Positions 61,893 through 64,000 of a stretch of 64,000 nucleotides of DNA are shown piece after piece; position 1 is the stretch's first letter, and every line of letters starts with the position of its first letter. The notes beneath the pieces were generated by a model, which made no database searches, had not been told where the DNA came from, and worked only from the letters and a program-made list of their open reading frames with translations. Made by a program: the position numbers and the translations under genes. The DNA is taken from NCBI GenBank assembly GCA_965153455.1, contig OZ234493.1, forward strand, positions 1,054,001 to 1,118,000, in the 5' to 3' direction. The stretch is from Sphagnum compactum. Taxonomy: Eukaryota.

Positions 61893-63839
61893 ATGACTAT
61901 GCCAACACAGGAAGCCACAACCAGTGTTCATCTCCTCAACAAGAAGCGCAGTACCAGGATCAGCGCTGCATCTTCCGACTCCGTACAAAGCTTGAAGGCG
62001 CAGGTGAAACGGTTGGAGAAGCAGAGGGAGTTTCTCACCCTCTGGAAGGCGGATGTGCTCAATGGCTTCAATTTAGAAGCCTCGTATGTGGACGTGAAAT
62101 TGCAAGCCTGTGATGGCACACCCGTCTTTGCGCACAAAGCCGTGCTGGTTAGCTTCTTCTTCTTCTTCTTCTTCTGCTTATACCTGCCTGCCTTTTCCTT
62201 GGTCCTAATAATAAGTCTCGTGCGTTTATACTCCCTTCGTTTTGTCTGCGCAATTCCAACCGCATTACGTGCAAATCCCTGTGGTGATGCAATTTGACTC
62301 GAGGAAATTTTTTTTGGTCAGGAATGAATCTGTGACTATAGACGCCGAAAGATGTCAGTCGAAGATACCGCTTTCTGTTACTCTATTGTTGTGCTCATAT
62401 ATGTGCAACCTTCTCTCAGGGAGAGTAGATTTGTAGGAGACTGAGACCTTGAGGAAAAAGTCCTTAGCACGTTCATTTATGTTTTAGAGCCTTGAGGCCA
62501 ATCTCGGTCATCGTCCATAACGATGCTGAACTCTCGATAAGAGAGGGGGGGGGGGGAGAGCCGGTGTAGGCAGATCCAGAACAAGGAAAATTATTTTTTT
62601 CTGGAAATTGTACGTTTTAAACTTCTTAAGGAATTGCAGGCTGCCAGATCCGAAGAAATTGACGCTATCTTTCAGGCGGACACAAATGCTAAGGAAATAG
62701 AAATACCAGAAATGGCTGGTGAGGAACTGAAGGCATTTGTGAGCTTCTTCTACACAGGAAGCCTCCCCATCAATGTGATTGCAGAATACATGACAACTTT
62801 CTTGCACGTAGCAGAGAAATACAAGGTTCATTATCTTGCAGCAGTATGTGAAGATGTGCTGGTGTCCAAGCTTTCTAGAGATAATGCAATCACAACTTTC
62901 GATATAGCTAAGAAATATTGCTCCAGCGATGTAAAAGAAGCCGTGCTGAAGAAGGCACTGAAGATGGGTGAAATATCAACATATGGGGAGTACAAGCTGT
63001 ACACACAGAAAGACCCAGGGTTGCTGCTGGAATTTTATGAGCAGCTGTCAGAAAGGATAGGGCCATTGCTGGCTAAAAGACGCCGTATCACACCAGGTAT
63101 GTTCCATCTAGCATTGTGGACTTACAACTTTTTGTTTCTGGTGTGGCATTGTGCCAAGCAATTACAGGGTTTGCTGTGAACTCAGATTGCTGGAACCAGA
63201 TTATACCCTAAGGCAGTCTGATATCATCAGTTCCTTAGATCAGTACTTTCATTTTGAAGCAGCATATGTACACCTGTTTTTCTGGCAGCACTGTGTGCTA
63301 TGAAACATGGAGTGCTTGCAGTGGATCTGCTGATGACATGCTGGACTTTGTCCAGTGATGAGGCTAATCCTGTCTCGGATGGATTCATCTCAGTGAGAGC
63401 CCAAACTGCCTAGAGAATATGTGAGTGCTGGTTTTCTGGTTTCAGTAACAATGTGACCCATGTTAGGAGTTTTCTTACTCTGGAATGGACATCATTATGC
63501 ACAAATGCCGTGAAGAATTAGTTTGTTTACTTTTTCAAACAATGCAGAAAATGGTGCCGGTGATCATGATGTGAACAATACCCTTACATTCTATGATAAA
63601 GGCACTGGGAAGTCAGAGAGTGGCGATGATGAAGTCGAGGATGACCAAAAGGGAGATGATGATGATATGAGGCATGACGGTGAAAATGAGTTCTCTTTAG
63701 GTAATGATTTATAGCATATGCTCCCTTCATCTGCCTGTTCCTGTGTTTTGACCTATAACCTTTGTCTATTATCCTGGAAATTTTACTTCTTGTAGAAGGT
63801 AGTTTATTGGTTTCTTTGATGGGCTGGGACACAAGTTAA
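61893..63839 (+). CDS. BTB/POZ domain protein (coiled segment, BTB, BACK-like helices, basic NLS, acidic tail)
   Basis: Exon 61893-62147 (first in-frame ATG; ...VDVKLQACDGTPVFAHKAVL). Exon 62640-63096 (AARSEEIDAIF...EIEIPEM...FVSFFYTG...AEKYKVHYLAAVCE...KRRR). Exon 63548-63700 (D/E-rich). Probable last exon 63796-63839; alternatively the CDS stops at 63714 without that splice. The start codon is uncertain. Confidence 0.8.
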
Positions 63840-64000
63840 GAGGAGAGGGAAGAGAAAGCATTGCAGACACATACCTCTTAGGTACGGTTGTAGTAGTGCA
63901 TGTCTGTTCTGAATGTTGAAGGCAGGATTTTGTTGGTTGTTCTGTGTGTCCAAGGTGATGCTGGATGAATGATGTTTCTTTTGGGCTGGTTGGCACTTTT

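Noticed and set aside
61369..61988. Minus-strand ORFs with ETW, RDL or SRPG repeats
   Set aside because: These are alternative frames of the same GC-rich array with no domain similarity or splice support; the plus frame joined to BTB is the more parsimonious candidate.

Overview
Eukaryotic nuclear DNA from a land plant, most likely a bryophyte (moss, Sphagnum-like). This is inferred from the spliced plastid-type penicillin-binding protein gene, the plant BES1/BZR1 factor, the telo-boxes and the repeat landscape. Four intron-containing genes can be reconstructed by hand. (1) BES1/BZR1-family transcription factor (+, 7354-8642, 2 exons, GC-AG intron). (2) Translation release factor eRF1 (+, 31971-36824, 6 exons, 437 aa, NIKS motif reading NIKN). 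(3) Class A bifunctional penicillin-binding protein (-, 59716-51061, 21 exons, about 1018 aa). (4) BTB/POZ protein (+, about 61893-63839), head-to-head with the PBP gene and preceded by an ATG-less, frame-conserving Arg/Ser-repeat stretch. The rest is mostly transposon-derived: an L1/Tx1-like LINE ORF2 3' end joined without a poly(A) tail to an abundant TG..CA solo-LTR family, an AT-rich region of decayed TEs (about 11.5-30 kb) with resolvable nested insertions, several MITEs and Helitron-like pieces, a copia RT remnant, and a decayed Ty3/gypsy element (40-48.8 kb) carrying a hAT insertion. No CRISPR array, rRNA or intact tRNA was found. All gene models were read by eye and need RNA-seq confirmation. 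No clearly new multi-gene system is evident. The best leads are the eRF1 NIKN variant, the BTB upstream RS-repeat frame, the LINE/LTR junction and the divergent features of the plastid PBP.
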